From Octopus vulgaris (Eukaryota), in assembly GCA_951406725.2 (NCBI GenBank), contig OX597831.1:30380001-30444000 (forward strand): a stretch of 64,000 nt of DNA, in the 5' to 3' direction. A program made the translations under genes and the position numbers. Positions 28,322 to 43,308 of this stretch are shown here, piece by piece. Within the stretch, counting starts at the first letter, position 1, and every line of letters begins with the position of its first letter. The notes beneath the pieces are model-generated. The model ran no database searches. It saw only the letters and a program-made list of their open reading frames with translations, and was not told the DNA's origin.

Positions 28322-28708
28322 GGGGGAAGCACTCCGTCGGTTACGACGATGAGGGTTCTGGTTGATCCGAATCAACGGAACAGCCTGCTCGTGAAATTAA
28401 CGTGTAAGTGGCTGAGCACTCCACAGACACGTGCACCCTTAACGTAGTTCTCGGGGATATTCAGCGTGACACAGAGAGTAACAAGGCCGGCTCCTTGAAA
28501 TACAGGTACAACAGAAACAGGAAGTAAGAGTGAGAGAAAGTTGTGGTGAAAGAGTACAGCGGGGATCACCACCATTCCTGCCGGAGCCTCGTGGAGCTTT
28601 TAGGTGTTTTCGCTCAATAAACACTCACAACGCCCTGTCTGGGAATCGAAACCGCGATCCTATGACCGCGAGTTCGCTGCCCTAACCACTGGGCCATTGC
28701 GCCTCCAC
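28322..28708 (-). mobile_element. SINE family A
   Basis: Full length; 12-bp TSD taaactacaact. Confidence 0.9.
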
Positions 28709-29503
28709 TAAACTACAACTATATCCGTGGCAATGAAATTTTGGGAATTCCGAGTATTGAAAACGGCATGGTGTTTAATATACGGATAGAAACACATTTA
28801 ACTGTAGCCAAACCGTTTATTTTAGACCCTTTGCAGCTATCCTTCGAAGGTATTATTATTATTGCTTTTGTCCTTACGTCTACCTTCTGTAGCCATGGTA
28901 ACAATATTGTTGTTATCATCGTTCTATTGATACTTCATGGGTTGTTGCTGCTGTTGTTTTCTTCTTCTTCTTCTTCTTCTTCTTCTTCTTCTTCTTCTTC
29001 TTCTTCTTCTTCTTCTTCTTCTCCTCCTCCTCCTCCTTCTTCTTCTTCTTCTTCTCCTCCTCCTCCTTCTTCTTCTTCTTCTTCTTCTTCTTCTTCTTCT
29101 TCTTCTTCTTCTTCTTCTTCTTCTTCTTCTTCTTCTTCTTCTTCTTCTTCTTCCAATCAGGACTCACGCCATTAGCCCACAAAGAATAATCTCTAATTCG
29201 AGCCTACTCTAAGCTACTAAGAATGCGTATGGCTACTTGAAGATCCACCCACCACACGCGATAAACTGGCGGTTGCGCGGGTGCGAAACCTACATTGTTA
29301 TCCTCATTTCGTAAACGGTGGCTTTTAGCGGGTGGAGAGCTGAACCATCCTGGGGTACAGAGGATTCGCAATCTAGACTAGGGTCTGAAAGTTTTACCAC
29401 ACGATAGTGCGTTACACCATGGTTTAGAAGAAAGCAAAATACTGCAGATGCAAACCTTTTCGACATTAAAGATCATCTGTTAATGCTTCGAGTTTCAATC
29501 GCA

Positions 29504-30255
29504 GATCTTTACCTTTTGACTGACAGATTAAAAAAAATATTTTTTTAAACTTAGGACAGTGATAGAATGTGTCATATAAAACATATTTTACTCTTAGCAT
29601 TTTTGAGAAAAGCTTATATTTAGGAAGTTATTTCACATTAAAGTTGAAGTGTTTCGGTAATTTCAACCAATCAATGATGTGTATTCAGCTGAATAAAATT
29701 ACTGCCGTTGTTTGTCAACAACAACTATCGGCGGGGTATTTTTCGTTTGTCATTGTTATTTATGACATCGTTCGTGCGTTTGTACTGGCTTTAGTTTTAA
29801 GGTTTTAGGGTTAGGGTTTTAGGGTTAGTGTTTTAGGGTTAGGGTTTGGGTTTTATGGTTAAGGTTTTAGCGTTAGAGTTTTAGGGTTAGCTTTAGCTTT
29901 AAGGTTTTAGGGTTAGGGTTTTAGGGTTAGTGTTTTAGGGTTAGGGTTAGGGTTTGGGTTTTATGGTTAAGGTTTTAGCGTTAGAGTTTTAGGGTTAGGG
30001 TTAGGGTTGTCATAAATAACAGTGACAAACGAACAACGGTAATAATTTTATTCAGCTGAATACACGTCATTGATTGGTTGAAATTCCCGAAATACTACAA
30101 CTTTAACGTGAAATAACTTCCTAAATATAAGCTTTTCTCAAAAACGCTAAGACTTAAAGATGTTTTATATGACACATTCTACCAGTGTCCGAAGTTTGAA
30201 AGTGTTTAGTTACAAAAAAATATTTTTTAAGTCTGTTCGTCAAAAGGTAAAGATC
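29504..30255. mobile_element. MITE-like foldback element with >200-bp terminal inverted repeats and internal (TTAGGG)-type array
   Basis: gatctttaccttttgac... (29504-29717) pairs with ...gtcaaaaggtaaagatc (~30022-30255); TTAGGG/TTTTAGGG array at ~29805-30008. Confidence 0.85.
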
Positions 30256-32806
30256 CCCAGCCGCCAAATTGCAGACTAATACCCGCCATTTATTGTCATT
30301 TATATAATATGTACTGATAACAGCCGAAGAATCGATTCATTCTCAACCAACAATACCCAACAGATTCACTGTCTGCCATAGAAAAGGAGATTGTTCTAAT
30401 ACTTTTTACAACAGACTTGTATGTAAGCTTTTTAACAGCAACTGGTGCAACATACGGCCGATGTCAGTTTAAAAGTCTTGTGTGAGGTTATGAATATTTA
30501 TGCTTGCTGACAGCATTTATCTTGTAAATATGATTCCTGCACAGCTGAATCAAATCTGCTATAAAGATATCAGATCCACTCTACTCCCATAGAAATGCTG
30601 ATGAAGTTAGAAACGCATATAGGTGAAGAAGAAATACAGGTGTGAGTGTGTGTGCTTGTGTGTATGTGCATGTGTGCGTGTAAGCGTGTGTGTGCCTGCG
30701 CACGTGCATGTGCGAGTGTGTTAGGGCTTGTACATGTACGCGTGTATATTCTTGGGTTAACTTATCACGGTGACGTCCATACTGGAGTATCGCCTTCATT
30801 TGTTCAATATGTGTCTATGTGTGGGTACATCTTACGTACATATGCATATTTATGTATATGCAATTGTACACACCATGGATATTAGTACAGGTGTGCAGGG
30901 GTATATACATGTGTGTGTGTGTGTGTCTGCGTGCATGTATATATGTGTATACATTCACACACACCCTCACGCGTATACGTGATATATATATATATATACA
31001 TATATATATACATGCGCACACGCACCTAAATTATGTGTGTGTGTGTGTGTGTGTATACAAATGTAAATACACCTCCCATGTGAGCAAATGGCCAAAGTCA
31101 GCTTCAGCGTAAAAGTCTTGTCTGTGTTTATAAATATTTATGTCTTGACAGAACTCGACTTGTAAATATGAACCATAAAACGGCATATTTTCTATCTCTT
31201 TCGCATTTTAATGCGCTGTACATTAAATATGCTGACACCCCCACCATATTACCTACTGAATCATCTCACAGCAGCGAAGTGCGGCGTATGCAAGATGCTA
31301 TATCGATTTGACAGCTTTCATTTGATTCCTGTAGTGTTCAGTAAATGAGAACTTTGTGAAGAAACACAAACACACAAAGACTGATGTATAAATACATATG
31401 TGTATGAAATATATAAATACCGATATATGGAAATATGTATATCTGTATACGTAATACACATATTTGTATGTACATACTGTCATACACGTATGTAATATAA
31501 TATTGCATAATATAATGTAATAATAACGTAATATCATGTTACATAAAGATGTAAACTTTAAAATTTACAATTACCATTGTTACATCTTTCGAATATTCTA
31601 CGTTGGATATTTGAAAATTATCGCATATATTACGTTAGTCGTTTGCGCTTTTATTTCTTGTTGGTGGTTTTTTAGAGAGAAAGAAAAGCAGTGAAATACT
31701 GTCGACATGTGACCGGAAGACAAAATACAGGGTAGACTTTATCAGCGTGAAATAAGTTGCGTCCAACAAAATAGACGTAAATCTTGAGAGCAACAAAATA
31801 TGTTTATATATTTAAGAAATGGTCGGATTGAAAGAAATCTTTTGCATAAACTGTGGACATTTTGTGCTTCTAATTTTCGTTGCTACGATTTTGTTTCCGA
31901 AAAGAAATCGGCTGGAATGTGAAGTAACCGTTATTGACTAATTTCGACGGAAATTGGATCTGAGAAGAGGTTTTTAAATATTTATGCAAGGAAGCTAGTT
32001 CTGAATGCTGTTCAAATCAGGAGGATTTAGTTAGTAATCATTTTTTTATGACCCAAATATATGGAAGAAGACGTGGCTGGTTGGGCTGGAAATATATGCA
32101 TTTCTAGAGTAAATTCTTGGGTGCTGAGAGTGCTGCTCTATTCCGTGTCCGAATGCAGGAGTCGATGTCTCACCAGGCGGTAAAGCAGCTTTAAAAGTGT
32201 TTTAACCCCTTTTACCGCGAAACCAGAGCTGCCTCAGGTTTACCCATCGATGTAGGCGACAAAGCTCCCGCACAACGGCACAGCTTTGTTGGAGATGAAA
32301 AGCGGTTTTAAATAGTTGAGCGACTATTATCTCTTAAGCAAGGAAACAAATTTTGAATGTTGTTCGAATCGTAATCATACATGCGAAAGGTAGATATATA
32401 TCTGGTTGGAATGGAAATATTTGGGAAAATATATTTTCCATTTGATTTCAAGTTTCATATTGTTAAAGTTATGACTTCCCATAAATTTATGCAATTTAGC
32501 TTGAGCACTTCGAAATTGGTGGCGAAATGTTTACAGCTGTTGCTCGAAGCACAATTTCGAAGAATTTTAAGTTAATCTGATGTATGACTTAGAAACTGAA
32601 ACAGATTTAAGAGAAGTGCAGTAAATATATGATCTTTAGAAATATATTTTCGATAGAATGAGGAGAGATTCGAGTGAGAACGCTTGTAAGTTTGCAAATG
32701 TTGGATTTATATGTATGCGCGTCAGTGTGTTTATTTATGTGTATTAATCACCTGCATATATAGCATACACTAATATACAACCTAGATATTTTAACGCCGT
32801 ATGATT

Positions 32807-32843
<37 letters not shown>

Positions 32844-32950
32844 GTGTGTGTGTGTGTAAGCTTATAAACATCTAATTATTAAAGTGTAAAAGTTATCAGG
32901 AAACCCATTTCTATTCATATATATGTATATATATGTATGTATATGTACAT

Positions 32951-33044
<94 letters not shown>

Positions 33045-33207
33045 ATATATACAATAAAAAGAGACAAATTTCCTGAAAAAGTTCAATCTGAAGACTCCAC
33101 TAGAGTGGACGCCAGCGCTTATTATATGATTTATAAAAACATGTGACATATTAATAAATATCTGTAAATATAAAACCATCCAGATTTTTGAGTACCTCAT
33201 TTCTCAT

Positions 33208-33351
<144 letters not shown>

Positions 33352-33563
33352 TTAGCTTCTAAAATACAGGAAGTGAAATATACAATCTGGATATATTAAG
33401 CAAATTATTTTCTGCATGATGTACATAATTAGCTGTGATATATGAAGTATATAATCTGGATATGTAATCTAAACAAGTTAGTCAAAATACGTAATACCTA
33501 CAATATATAAGAGAAAAAAAATATATACAACGAGGCTAATTTAGCCAAATCAATTACACCAAC

Positions 33564-33675
33564 CTTAGCCAGTTGATCAAATCTGCCGAACAACTCGTTC
33601 AGAATCCTCACTAACTCTTGGGCAGTGCATTGAGAAGCGAGAGCGGTAAAGCCAACGATGTCTGCAAACAATATG
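33564..33675 (-). CDS. ADCY1: Adenylyl cyclase exon (C1a, first metal-binding Asp)
   Basis: 112 nt, phase 2/0 (AG+C = Ser), acceptor tctttacag and donor gttggt. Translates (S)[37 protein letters not shown], the class III cyclase [11 protein letters not shown] motif. Confidence 0.96.
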
Positions 33676-34163
33676 CTGTAAAGAAAAAAAAATAATAATA
33701 AATAAATAATAACAAAAGCAATAATGGTTTCAAATTTTGGCACAAGGCCAGCAATTTCGGGCGCGTGGGTAAGTCGGTTACATCGACCCCACTGTTCAAC
33801 TGGTACTTATTTTATCGACCCCGAAAAGCTGAAAGGCAAAGTCGACCTCGGCGGTATTTGAACTTAGACGGAGAAAATATCGCAAATCATTTTGTCCAGC
33901 GTGGTAACGATTATGTCAGGTCAATAATCATTTCTACTATAGGCACGATATCTGAAATTTGTTGGTGGTGGTGGGGGGCCTAGTCAATTACGTCGACTCC
34001 AGTGTTGCACCACCGGTACTTAACTTATCGACCCCACGAAATGCAAAAGGTGACCTCAGCGGAATTTGAACTCAGAATGTAAAAGCGAAAGAAATGTTGC
34101 TAAGTATTTTGCTCGGCGTGTTAATGATTCTGCCATCTCACCGCCTTGATAAAGATGAGGATA

Positions 34164-34195
<32 letters not shown>

Positions 34196-35270
34196 GAGGA
34201 AGAAGAAGAAGAAGAAAAAGAAGAACCCTTTCTACAATAGGTACAAGACCTCTCTCTCTCACACATTCTCTCTCTTATACACACACTCTCTCTCACACTC
34301 TCTTATACACACGCACTCTCTCTCTCTCACACACACACAAATATACATGTATACATATATATATATTGCATACACACACACACATACACAAGGGGTCAGT
34401 TACAGGATTCATTAGAATATAGGTATTTTAACATGCAGGACGCCGAGGATTGCTGGGTACTTAGTAACGAGCTTACGATATATTAAAGCAACTCTTAGTT
34501 GTCGTATGTTGGTAGTATATTGTAAGTGTGTGTGTGTGTGTGTCTGTATGTGTGTGTATACATACACAACCAGTTATTCATCTATATATATATATACATA
34601 GACATATACAGATATACACAGGTATACAAACCAATATAAACCGTAGAACTAATCCAGGATTAGTTCCAAGTGTAGCGTTTGTATAAAAGAACACGTGAGG
34701 TTCAAAATACACAACAGCTGTTTCGATAGCATTTTATTAATGAATTCTTAGCTTATATCATAACTGATCATGACCCAACATCATCAGTTAAATATTAAGC
34801 ACATAAACAGGTAAAAAGAAGGTAAAAACAAGGTATAAATGGAAGATTGTCACTCCACCAAATACCACGGGCAAGCATGATATTTTGAGAAACTACCATA
34901 AAATTTATAGAGAATGTGAAGCGCATGCACCAGGGGCAACTAACTCAAATCTACCCTACTTCTCAAGATGTTATCTTAAGTAGTTTATAGTTCTGACCTG
35001 TTATTAGGGAGCCGTTGTGGTTGAGTGAGAAAAAAAATGTGGTTGAGTGAGAAAAATCATAGTCAAGAAGGTCGCTCTGATAAGACACCTGATTAATAGG
35101 ATACGGAAGTTTGAACTGTCGCCATTCATTCGGACTTACAACTTACACATACGCACACACATATACATTTGATAATAATGTTTTCATTTATGACTATGGA
35201 CTGTAAATACACTAACATACCTTCCATCTCTCTTTCGCTCTGTCTCTGTTTCTCTCTCTTCCCCCCATTC

Positions 35271-35317
<47 letters not shown>

Positions 35318-35342
35318 CGAACAGTTATATATCGACCATTAC

Positions 35343-35408
<66 letters not shown>

Positions 35409-37339
35409 GCTAATTTATTTGTTTTAATAAAATGTCAAGGTCTATATGTAACTGTTCAATTTTCTTTCTATCCTGATCTCATGTATATTTTATATCTTTA
35501 TTTTATTATTTAACTGTGTCTCATTATCGGTGTATTCCATTTTCGTTCATTTTATTTTTCGGATTTCTCATTTTGTATTCTTGTATCCTTTATCGTATAT
35601 ATTTTATAGTTTTATCGCTTTTATGAGAAGAATTATTTCATTCAATCTCAGTTCGTCAGGATGTAGGAGAGGTGAATATTTAACCACGTCTCTTCCATAG
35701 GAATACTCCCGTTTCGGAACATCTCTTGCGGTAATGCTAACAAAAGATCTTTTCAGTAATCTCATCCAGTACATCAAAGGCTCTACTTTCTTTGCTGAGC
35801 TTTTTGATATCTGCGAACGGATGATAAATATTGTTCCTTATAGAAGCAGAACCGCTAGTTTGTAACAGCAATTACAACAAAGATTACAACATGATTCAGC
35901 GAGAGAACTATAACTGGCCTCACAGTCTGCTAGCAATAGCAGTCAAATTTCCGTCATATTATTCTGTAGTCTCGTAAACCAACAGTAGGAATATAGTGGA
36001 TAATGTGATCCTAGATGTACTATGTCTGGAATTAAGTTGGCTTCCATGGCGGTTATGGTATAAATGCCTTTAATACAAGATCTACCAGATCAATGCTGAC
36101 CTAGAGCTGAAGACAGCAACAAGAACAATGACATTATAAAAGAGTATGACAAAGTGAAATACTAAAAGGCTGTATATAGTCAGTAGTATGCGATTGTTAG
36201 TAGCTGCACCAGCTTCAACGTGGTTGGGTGAAAGAATGAGATCAGTTGCTCGTTATAATACTAAATACAACAACGTTAAAATTCCACTCATTTGCAGACA
36301 GTGAGTGTAATGTTAGAATATAGGGAGAGTGAGAGAGAACGAGAGAAAAGTTCAGAGAGGTCAGTTTTCGGTGCCAACCAAGAAGTGTGATTTATGTGTA
36401 TGTGTGAGACCGAGAGCAAGAGAGAGATTTAGCAGCTTACATACCAGGAGTAAATGGTGTTCCAATAACAAGAGAGAGGGAGACAGACAGACAGACAGAT
36501 ACATAGAATATAGTTTCAGTTATTGTTTTGTTTCCTATATTGTTTGACTCGTTAACTTAATTATTTTTTTATCTTTGCCTTCATTGTTGTGTAACACAGA
36601 AAGCAACGGAATGAGCATACTTGGAAGAAAGAAGGAAAGAAAGAAAGAAAACAAAGAGCGAATGAAGAAAGAAATGAAAAAAGGTGCAAAGAAGGAAGAA
36701 AGGAAAAGAAAACGCGAAGAGAAGAGAAAAGCATGAAAGAAAGAATGAAGGAAAAAAAGTAAAAAAAAAAAATAGGTAAAAAACCCACAAGAGAATTATT
36801 GAAAACCAAAAGTATTGTAGAGAAGAAAACCTAAAAGAAAGGACGGAAGGAACGAATGGGAGAAGGAACGAAGGAAGGAATTGAAAAGAAATAAAGAAAG
36901 AAGTATAGTACAGGTAATGGTAAACCATAAACTATAAACCTCTTTGAATGCCAAACCACAGAATGCGATGCTTTGGTATTCATATCTAAGATGGTGGTAC
37001 TGGTGGTGGGTCTGAAAATTCGATAACTCTTAGAAACGATCACATTTTTATTTCGAACTGACGACATGGAAATTTTCGATATTCTTTGATATTGATATTG
37101 AAGTTGTTGTTGTTGTTGTTGTTGTTGTAATATTAGCTATTCTTATTGTTGTTTAGATTCTGAACTTCACGTTTCTTTCCTCCGCAATTATCCACTCGTT
37201 ACTCTTCGAGGAAGACATTATTTGTATTGTTTTTTTTTATTACTAGTATCCGGGAACGTTATAAGTCCTCCACATCAGATCACATTCACTTTAATTTAAA
37301 TATTGCTTTTCTCGCATTGTTGCCGCAACTTCTCCTCGT

Positions 37340-37732
37340 GGCGAGCTGGCAGAAACGTTAGCGCGCCGGGCGTAATGCGTAGCCGTATTTCGTCTGTCGT
37401 TACTTTGTGGGTTCAAATTCCGCCGAGGTCGACTTTGCCTTTCATCCTTTCGGGGTCGATAAATTAAGTACCAGTTACACACTGGGTCGATGTAATCGAC
37501 TTAATACCTATGTCTGTCCTTGTTTGTCCCCTCTATGTTTAGCCCCTTGTGGGTAATAAAGAAATAGGTATTTCGTTTGCCGTTACGTTCTGAGTTCAAA
37601 TTCCGCCGAGGTCGACTTTGCCTTTCATCCTTTCAGGGTCGATAAATATAATACCATTTACGCACTGGGGTCGATATAATCGCCTTAATCCGTTTGTCTG
37701 TCCTTGTTTGTCCCCTCTGTGTTTAGCCCCTT
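37340..37732 (+). mobile_element. SINE family C, internally dimeric copy
   Basis: Head plus two ~185-bp body units joined at gaaata|ggtatttcgt. Confidence 0.85.
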
Positions 37733-38544
37733 ATTTTAACGGGGTCGTTAACATAAGAACCAGTTAAGCAATGGTGTCGATAGATTCGCTTAGTCAAAAG
37801 AGGAATTTTTTTTTTCTACGTATTTTTTTACCACTGTAGGTAAGCAACACTAAACACATTCTGCGAAATTATCTCGTCGTGACAGACCAACTATCTTGCT
37901 ACCGACCATTAACATACCTATACAACTATAACACTGATACGGAGGAAATAATTCACGAAAAATTAATTTGCGAACATATCATTGAATCTGTTATCTGGAG
38001 TGACACATACTTGAATGTATGCTAAGAGATTGTCTTAGCCCGTTTGCCTTCGGACGGTTGATTTCTGTAGTTATTATCAGTGTATTTTGGCGATTTAAAT
38101 AAGAGTTTTGACTGTTATTTCCAGCAGATAGGCATACTTAGTATGTCCTTTGACTAATTATATATATATATATATATATCATATCATAGCTGCACCCTCG
38201 TTACACGAGAAAAGCCATTGCTAAGAAGATTATATATATATATATATATGGGTGCAGGTGTAGGTGTGTTATAAGAAGTTTGCTCCCCAACCACATGGTC
38301 TCAGGTTCGGTTCCCCTACATGACACCTTAGACGAGTGTCTTCTACTCTAGCCTCAATCTGACCAAAGCCTTGTGAGTGGATTTGGAAGACGAAAACTTA
38401 AAGAATCCCGTTGTATAAATGTATATATACATGTGTGTGTATGCGCGCGCATGCCAGTGACATGTGTTGCTTTGTTTACTTCTCTATAATATAGCAGTTC
38501 ATAAAAAGCCGACAAAATAAGTACCAGACTTCAGAAAGAAAATG

Positions 38545-38585
<41 letters not shown>

Positions 38586-40494
38586 TAGATAGATAGATAT
38601 AAAACTCTGTTCAAAGTTACCTCTCCTCCGTATTTCCCATTGATAATGCTTAAAGAGCTAGAAATGTGTCTGGCAATCAGATCAGGACGGTGTGGGTGGT
38701 GGCAGCACTGGATAGATATAGCTATTTACCATAAAAAAGAATTTTTGTCCCCGGGGTAACTGCAGTAAATTTGCCTGTAGAAGTTGAATTATGTCACAAA
38801 CATATAACTAACTTAAGTTTCGCTTATGCCTAAACACTGTTTGCCAGAGATAATTCTGAATATGTATATACAGTTGCATGCATAAACATGCGCATACACA
38901 CGTACACACGCACAGACACACACATATAGTTACAGATATGGAAGTGTGTATTTATGCATGGTATAAGAAATATAATTTTTTTTTTCTGAATCGTATTGTT
39001 AAGAAGCACATTTAAAGAACATGATTAATGGGGAATGTTAAAATCTAACTTGGTTTTCCCGAATTACCCAAACGAATTGGTGGACAATTCAAATCAGATA
39101 ACTCATAAATCAGACATTCTACACGTAGAGTAGTATAGTATATAATTGGTGTTAAGTCGAAATACATTTGGAAAATTGTTTTCAAATATGATAAAAGACA
39201 TACCGCGTAAGAGGTGAAACTTTGAGAAAATTATAAGAAATTATACTGTCTCAAGATAAAGAGCTATATGTGTTACTGTTAAGATACAGTATGAGGGGTA
39301 AGCTGGCAGAGTTGTTAGAGCGCTGGGAACAAAGGATTAGCAGCATTTCCTCTAGCTCTTTATATTCTTAGTTTAAATTCTTCCGCGGTTGACTTTGCCA
39401 GCCATACTTTTGGGATCGATAAAATTAATACCAGCTGAGCACTGGGGTTGATGTAATCCTTTATCTCCCCCTTTTAAAATTGCTGGCCGTGTGTTAAAAA
39501 ATTGAAACCATTACAGCGGGGATCTGGCAGAATAATTATAGTGCCGTGTAAAATACTTAGCAGCATTTATTATTTTTTTTTTGCTTTAGGTTTTTGAGTT
39601 CAAATGCTGCCGAGATCGACTTTGCATTCCAGGGTCAATAAAATAACAGTACCATATGAGCACTGGTGTCACTGCAGTTGAATTACCCTATCCTGAAAAT
39701 TGCGGGCGTTGTGCCAAACTTGGAAAACGTTAGAAAAGAGGAGAAACTAGAAAATGAATTGCAAGCGTATTTTTGCACACTGAGTGTCATCAAATTTCAT
39801 AACAAAGAAATCAGAAACTCATAAATCGCTTCTATAATACAAAATACCAAAAATAGAATAAAAACAAAAAGAAAAGAAAACCAAAACAATAGAAGTGATC
39901 TGCGATTTAATTATTTTCAAGTATTCAATTACTCGTTCCAATAATTCAGTAAAGCCAGAATAACTGTTTACATTCCATACATTTGATCGCCTCACATTCT
40001 GGTCTAAGTACACCCCATGCTTCAGCTCTGCTGCAATGTTTATATCTAAGTGTTTGTATGCGCGTCTATATTTTACCTCCAAAAAATGTTAGGGATAGAG
40101 AAAGAGAGAAGGAGTTAGTTCTGTTTTCAAAAGTAAAAATTTGTGCTGTCTCGTATCTCGTTCCTTCATAAACATTCCAAAATTGAATGTGCTCTTTTTC
40201 CAAATAGAGGCAACAGGCATACTTTTATACAAACTTCAAGGCGGCGGGCTGGCAGAATCGTTAGAACACCGGGCGAAATACTTAACGGTATTTCGTCTGC
40301 CGTTACGTTCTGAGTTCAAATTCCGCCGAGGTAAACTTTGCCTTTTATCCTTTCGGGGTCGATAAATTAAGTACCAGTTACGCACTAGGGTCGATGTAAT
40401 CGACTTAATCCATTGGCCCAAATTGGAGGACTTGTGCTTCCAGTAGAAAAGATTATTATAATTATTATTATTATTATTATATCTATTTATTTAT

Positions 40495-40770
40495 TATCTC
40501 TGCACAGCTTCTGACGTTGGAGATGTACTACGGTGCCAGAAGTATCAACGAGGGGCCTGACTTGGGATTCATCTTTCCCTTAAAGTCTGAGGTCATCCAT
40601 GAATAAAATATGGCTGACTTTTTGTTGGCGGCTTTTGAATACATACCCAACCTTTGTTTCCTCAGAATCAGTGTTAGCGATATCATGCACAGTACAAAGA
40701 TCAGTGGGGACAGGCAGTCCCCTTGGAAGATGCCTCTCCTGATTTCTGTTTCAGTGATCTTTCGTTTTAG
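40495..40770 (-). mobile_element. R4/Dong-like reverse transcriptase fragment
   Basis: Minus strand reads IRRGIFQGDCLSPLIFVLCM...HILFMDDL (RT motifs) and ends near an (ATT)n tract. Confidence 0.75.
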
Positions 40771-41454
40771 CTACATATATCTGCGAGACTAATGAAGCCA
40801 AATCAATCGGGGAAAATACAAAAAAATAGACTTGGGTATCCCACGTAATCGGAACGACGATGTAAACGCTTAAAAATCACTTGTTTAATAATCTGTTAAA
40901 TAAGCCATCATTACTTTAAGTTACATATGATAGTTTAACTAGCAGCACTTTTTATTTTACCTTTAGTAACGAAGATGTTAAAGTGACTTCGAAAGTCTTG
41001 CAAATAATATAATAATCTTACAGTCACCAGAAGATCAATCAAAAATGATACAGTGCTGCAAGTGCTATATAATTTGTTTGATGTGGAAAATATCCAACGG
41101 CACTGCCCGAATGATGTTGGTATCTACTTTAAGATTCACTCGAGATTTGGTGACCGTGCTATCCATCCCCTACAAATGTCATATTCACGTCACATCACAA
41201 CACTAAGACAGAACTATTTCAACTCAACTGGCCATCAGTCAGCAACATAACTTTGTTTATGACTTGGGAATGTTGCCTCTGTGATTATTTTAGTGCTGTT
41301 ATGTGTTTTAAAGATACGATTATGAAAAAGTAAAATTCAGAATACTGCCCTATTTTCAATGCAACAAATGCATATTCTGTGTGTGTCTTGAGAGACACAG
41401 AGAGAGGGGGAGGGAAAGAGGGAGAAAGAGAAAGATAGAAGGAATTTAATCTAT

Positions 41455-41665
41455 TATTCTCTACTCTAGGTACAAGGCCCGAAATTTTTGGGGAGGGGCC
41501 AGACGATTAGATCGAGCCTAGTACACAACTGGTAGTAAATTTATAGACCCTGACAGGATGAAACGCAAAGTCAACCTCGGCGGAATTTGAACTCAGACGT
41601 AAAGACAGACAAAATACTGGTAAACATTTCGTCCGGCGTGCTAACGTTTCAGCCAGCTCGTCACC
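41455..41665 (-). mobile_element. SINE family C variant
   Basis: 15-bp TSD aggaatttaatctat (41440-41454 and 41666-41680). Confidence 0.85.
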
Positions 41666-41702
41666 AGGAATTTAATCTATAGACCAAAAGTTAGATATGT
41701 AC

Positions 41703-41754
<52 letters not shown>

Positions 41755-41994
41755 GCACACACACACGTAAATATATGTATACATATGTGTGTATGGGTGT
41801 GTGTGCGTAATTCTCTCTCTCTCTTTCTCTCTCCAGCACTCTCTCATTGCATACACATTGTCACACACGTACACACGCACATCACATGTGCAGCACAAAT
41901 GATCTAGCTCTAGATATACGTGTATGCATGTGTCGTATGTATATGCGTGTGTGTGCATATGTATTTATATTTGTATATATTTATATATACATAT

Positions 41995-42027
<33 letters not shown>

Positions 42028-42543
42028 CATACATGCACACACACACACATCATTTGTGATGCATATGTGATGCATATGTGATGTGTATTTGTGTGTGCAT
42101 GCGGGCGTGGGTGAGTATATGTATACAGTGAGAGAAGGCTGGAGAGAGAGACAGAGAGAGAGAAAAGAAAGAAAAAGAAAAAATAAGATCAATATTTTGT
42201 GTCGTATTTAGGTTTGTGAGAAATGTAGTGCACCTAACAACAGAGTCTGCGTATCATTTTATATTAGAAAATCAGTTTATTTGAATCCTTAGTATTTCAT
42301 GTAACAAACTACAGAAACTATTGAATATATATATATATATATATATACATTTGTGTATGTAATATAATTTAGAGAAAAACCACTATTAAACAATTCAATA
42401 ATGAAAGATGTTATTCACACCATATATAAAACGTATTATAAAAATCTTATTTTAAAAATCACTAAAGTACAAAAGCAATAAGTAGTATATAATAGTAAAT
42501 AGTAGTAGTACTTATATTCCCTATATTATTATTATTATTATAC

Positions 42544-42588
<45 letters not shown>

Positions 42589-42769
42589 TATACACACACA
42601 TATACATATATACATATATATGTATACATACATACATACATATATATATATCTTTATATACCTTATTTATATATTCATATACCTATATATACATATATAT
42701 ATATTCATATGCATATGTATATATGTATATGTATATATATGTGTGTGTGTATGTATTTATATATATATA

Positions 42770-42834
<65 letters not shown>

Positions 42835-42835
<1 letters not shown>

Positions 42836-43308
42836 AGAAAGATGAATAATCTTGTAGTAGATTAATCAAAAGTTTAACCGATACCTTAGTATAGTAAAAC
42901 AGCACGTTGGAGGTACAACCATATGGTGTTCAACCGTGTTTCGATAATTGAATAGAACATTATTGGTGAATTGAAGAAATGGAGCTGAACGCAGATTGAA
43001 CAGAAATCGTTTTATTTCATTCTACACGTGTTTCGAAAGGCACAAATTACCAAAATCCGATGGTATAATGGACCATATTGTGCTTCTCTCAGGAAGAAAT
43101 AGGAAATCCGTTGGAAAAACAAAAACAGAACAGCGGAGCAAAAACAAATCGAACTATGCTCTAAGAGCCCATGGCGAAACCCATGACACAATATGGTCCC
43201 ATTATACCATCGGATTTTGGTAATTTGTGCCTTTCGAAACACGTGTAGAATGAAATAAAACGATTTCTGTTCAATCTGCGTTCAGCTCCATTTTTCAATT
43301 CACCAATA

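Noticed and set aside
29805-30008. True telomere or chromosome fusion site
   Set aside because: Short, degenerate, single orientation and enclosed by the TIRs of a foldback element.
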